Source: Promethearchaeota archaeon (GTDB lineage Archaea > Asgardarchaeota > Lokiarchaeia > Sigyniarchaeales > SOKP01). Taken from it: DNA of 18,415 nucleotides. This document shows positions 16,621 through 18,415 of this stretch, piece after piece. The stretch spans positions 1 through 18,415 of the forward strand of contig JABCSY010000082.1 in NCBI GenBank assembly GCA_018238625.1, written 5' to 3'. The notes under the pieces were generated by a model. The model made no database searches and was not told where the DNA came from. It was given only the letters and a program-made list of their open reading frames with translations. The position numbers were made by a program, and so were the translations under genes. Numbering within the stretch: the first letter of the stretch is position 1; each line of letters begins with the position of its first letter.

Positions 16621-16848
16621 TTAATTAATTGTTCCAGAGTATGTAAATGCATGATGGTTCATTTTGATATAATATCCTCGATCAGTTCCTATTAATTTTC
16701 CACAATTAGGGCATTTTAACTCTTTATAATTTAGTGGTACATAATATTTTTGAATACGGCTTTTATAACAGCGATGGATATTTCCTTTTCCCAATTTCAT
16801 GTATTTAATAATTTTCTCTTTACATTTAGCACATTTAATGATAATCAT
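16621..16848 (-). CDS. Small zinc-ribbon protein
   Basis: CAKC ... CPNCG pairs, basic. GAGG RBS-like sequence upstream. Confidence 0.7.
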   Translation of the reverse strand: MIIIKCAKCKEKIIKYMKLGKGNIHRCYKSRIQKYYVPLNYKELKCPNCGKLIGTDRGYYIKMNHHAFTYSGTIN

Positions 16849-17009
16849 TCTTCTTCTATTTTTTCCCTCATTTATCTTTATGAGTATCCATCAAATTATT
16901 TAAAGATTTAAAAGTATAAATATTCAATCTACTAATAGAAGGAAAGAATTTTCTTAAATTTGATATTTTCACTATTACTATTGCAATCGTTATGATATCA
17001 ACTAACAAA

Positions 17010-17585
17010 TCATCTCATTCTTCGACTACCTATATATCCGCCAAGTGAAAAATATGAATGCTTTTCGTAATATAAAGGTTTCATAAGTCCTTTTTGCTCA
17101 CAAAGATTTTTTATAAAGAGATCTTCATCTAAAGATAACGCAACTACTTCTGCAGTAATTATAACTCTATCTGTGCACGTATTTGAAGCCTCTTTTATCC
17201 ATATCGTCTTACATTCCATATGCGATTTACACTCCTCAATTCTTGGAGGTTGAACTATATTTGATTTAATTGGAGTTAAGTCAGCGTGAATAAATTCATC
17301 TTCAGCTGATGGAATTGGATCAGCTGTTCTATTTATTTTTTTTAAAAGTTCTACACTTGGTACATTTAGAACAAACTCATTTAATTGTAAGATATTTCTA
17401 TATGTGTCTCTATTTTTTGCCGAACCAACACTAACTATAAGAGGATTATAAGAAATAGGCATAACCATCCCATATGGAGCAATATTATAAATATTATTCT
17501 CATCTATAGTAGTAATTAAATAAACTGGCACTGGAATAAAACATAACGAACAATTATTGAAATCTATACTTTTCTTCATCTTCAT
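17010..17585 (-). CDS. Flavin reductase-like (DIM6/NTAB) family protein
   Basis: P.PV.LITT, NIAPY, RDTYRNI...EFVLN, DEF..A.LT...S..V.PP.IEEC....EC. Confidence 0.88.
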   Translation of the reverse strand: MKMKKSIDFNNCSLCFIPVPVYLITTIDENNIYNIAPYGMVMPISYNPLIVSVGSAKNRDTYRNILQLNEFVLNVPSVELLKKINRTADPIPSAEDEFIHADLTPIKSNIVQPPRIEECKSHMECKTIWIKEASNTCTDRVIITAEVVALSLDEDLFIKNLCEQKGLMKPLYYEKHSYFSLGGYIGSRRMR

Positions 17586-17704
17586 ATTCTATAAATGTAG
17601 CTTAGTTTATCTAAAACTTTCTAATTAAGTAATTTGTCTCATTTAATTCTTTTATTTGATAAAAAAAAGAATTTGTTTTAAAGTGCCAAAATATTAAAAA
17701 AAAA

Positions 17705-17857
17705 TTATAATTTGATTTCGATTTTCACTTCTACTTTATCTTCAGGAATTTTTTTTAATGCACCAATAAATCCTAAGTTAATATTGGTTAGAATCGTAGT
17801 CATAATTGGATTTAATGGGATATTTTCTCCATTTACTAACAATTTTATATCTGGCAT
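17705..17857 (-). CDS. 50-aa protein resembling the C-terminal domain of MobB (not in the ORF track)
   Basis: MPDIKLLVNGENIPLNPIMTTILTNINLGFIGALKKIPEDKVEVKIEIKL*. The L.VNG..IPLN......G....LK......I.I pattern matches my recollection of the MobB C-terminal extension. Confidence 0.65.
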   Translation of the reverse strand: MPDIKLLVNGENIPLNPIMTTILTNINLGFIGALKKIPEDKVEVKIEIKL

Positions 17858-17982
17858 AATTTACACTTAATTTCTTTAAATTTAAAAATTTTGTATATAT
17901 TTTAAAAATTTAATTTTAAGAATGAGGATAATAAGGACATCGGCTTCCATGACATTGAGCATTAAATTAAGATTTCTATACT

Positions 17983-18415
17983 CTAAAATTTATATTCTAA
18001 TCTATCGATTATGTCGTTTTGAATGGGCTTTCCAAGATCAATAAATGTAGCGTTATAACCACCAACTTTGACGATTAGATCAGGATAATTTTCGGGGTGG
18101 ATTTGTGCGTCTTTTAAAGTTTCAGTCGATACTACAGTAGGTTGAATTTGCATACCTCCTTTTTCGAAGTAAGATTTTAACAAGTGATAAAACTTTTCTA
18201 CATTTTCTTGACTTTCTAAATTTTGAGGATGGATTCGTATGTTAACGGCTATTCCATTCATAGCGTAGTCGTAATTTAATTTTGCTATCGAATTTAATGC
18301 CGCAGTGATTCCATTCTTTTCAGCGTTATTTACCGGTGATAAGCTATTTGAGATTGGTCTACCTGCTTTTCTGCCATCCGCTGTTGGGCGAGTTAAAAGT
18401 CCTTCCATCACGTGA
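17983..18415 (-). CDS. Glycyl radical enzyme (PFL2/GRE family), C-terminal part; gene runs off the window
   Basis: TADGRKAG.P.S..LSP, GG.QIQ..VVS.ETL.DAQ.HPENY.DLIVKVGGY.A.F..L....Q.DII.R glycyl-radical domain. Confidence 0.92.
   Translation of the reverse strand, partial: HVMEGLLTRPTADGRKAGRPISNSLSPVNNAEKNGITAALNSIAKLNYDYAMNGIAVNIRIHPQNLESQENVEKFYHLLKSYFEKGGMQIQPTVVSTETLKDAQIHPENYPDLIVKVGGYNATFIDLGKPIQNDIIDRLEYKF

Noticed and set aside
17920-17965. GC-richer patch downstream of the GRE gene (possible ncRNA, SECIS or gene fragment)
   Set aside because: No convincing stem-loop or recognisable peptide.
10236-17985. TAG recoding (pyrrolysine) or Sec read-through
   Set aside because: TAG ends the NifX, TsaA and GRE genes at positions consistent with normal family C-termini. 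The TGA codons seen are terminal, and I recognised no SECIS or pyl genes.

Overview
AT-rich archaeal-type DNA, inferred to be from an Asgard archaeon (probably Lokiarchaeia). The inference rests on a Rab-like GTPase with no prenylation tail, a longin-like protein, GGTGA/GGAGG ribosome-binding sites and oligo-T terminators. Bases 1-12,200 hold a dispersed metal/Fe-S cofactor island: two COG1149 ferredoxin-insert MinD ATPases, four NifB/NifX-family proteins, Mrp/ApbC, a DUF89 phosphatase, DUF5320, a DtxR-family regulator, IscU, a COG0731 radical SAM enzyme and a Zn-finger TsaA/TrmO-like protein. Five transcription units in this island carry a shared 14-bp palindrome, TGRAT-N4-ATYCA (six copies), which is a candidate operator for an uncharacterised regulon. 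A Rab-like GTPase, a longin-like gene and an MFS transporter are interspersed. Bases 12,200-18,415 are rearranged: an internally deleted relic copy of the sirtuin/small-ORF pair, a transglutaminase-like gene, a degenerate SDR next to an intact SDR, a 3' remnant of a sphingosine-1-phosphate-lyase-like gene, DsrE, the intact sirtuin, small Cys proteins, a flavin reductase, a 50-aa MobB-C-like ORF missing from the ORF track, and the 3' end of a glycyl radical enzyme. I saw no rRNA, tRNA, CRISPR array or transposase. All family calls come from motif recognition; no database search was run.
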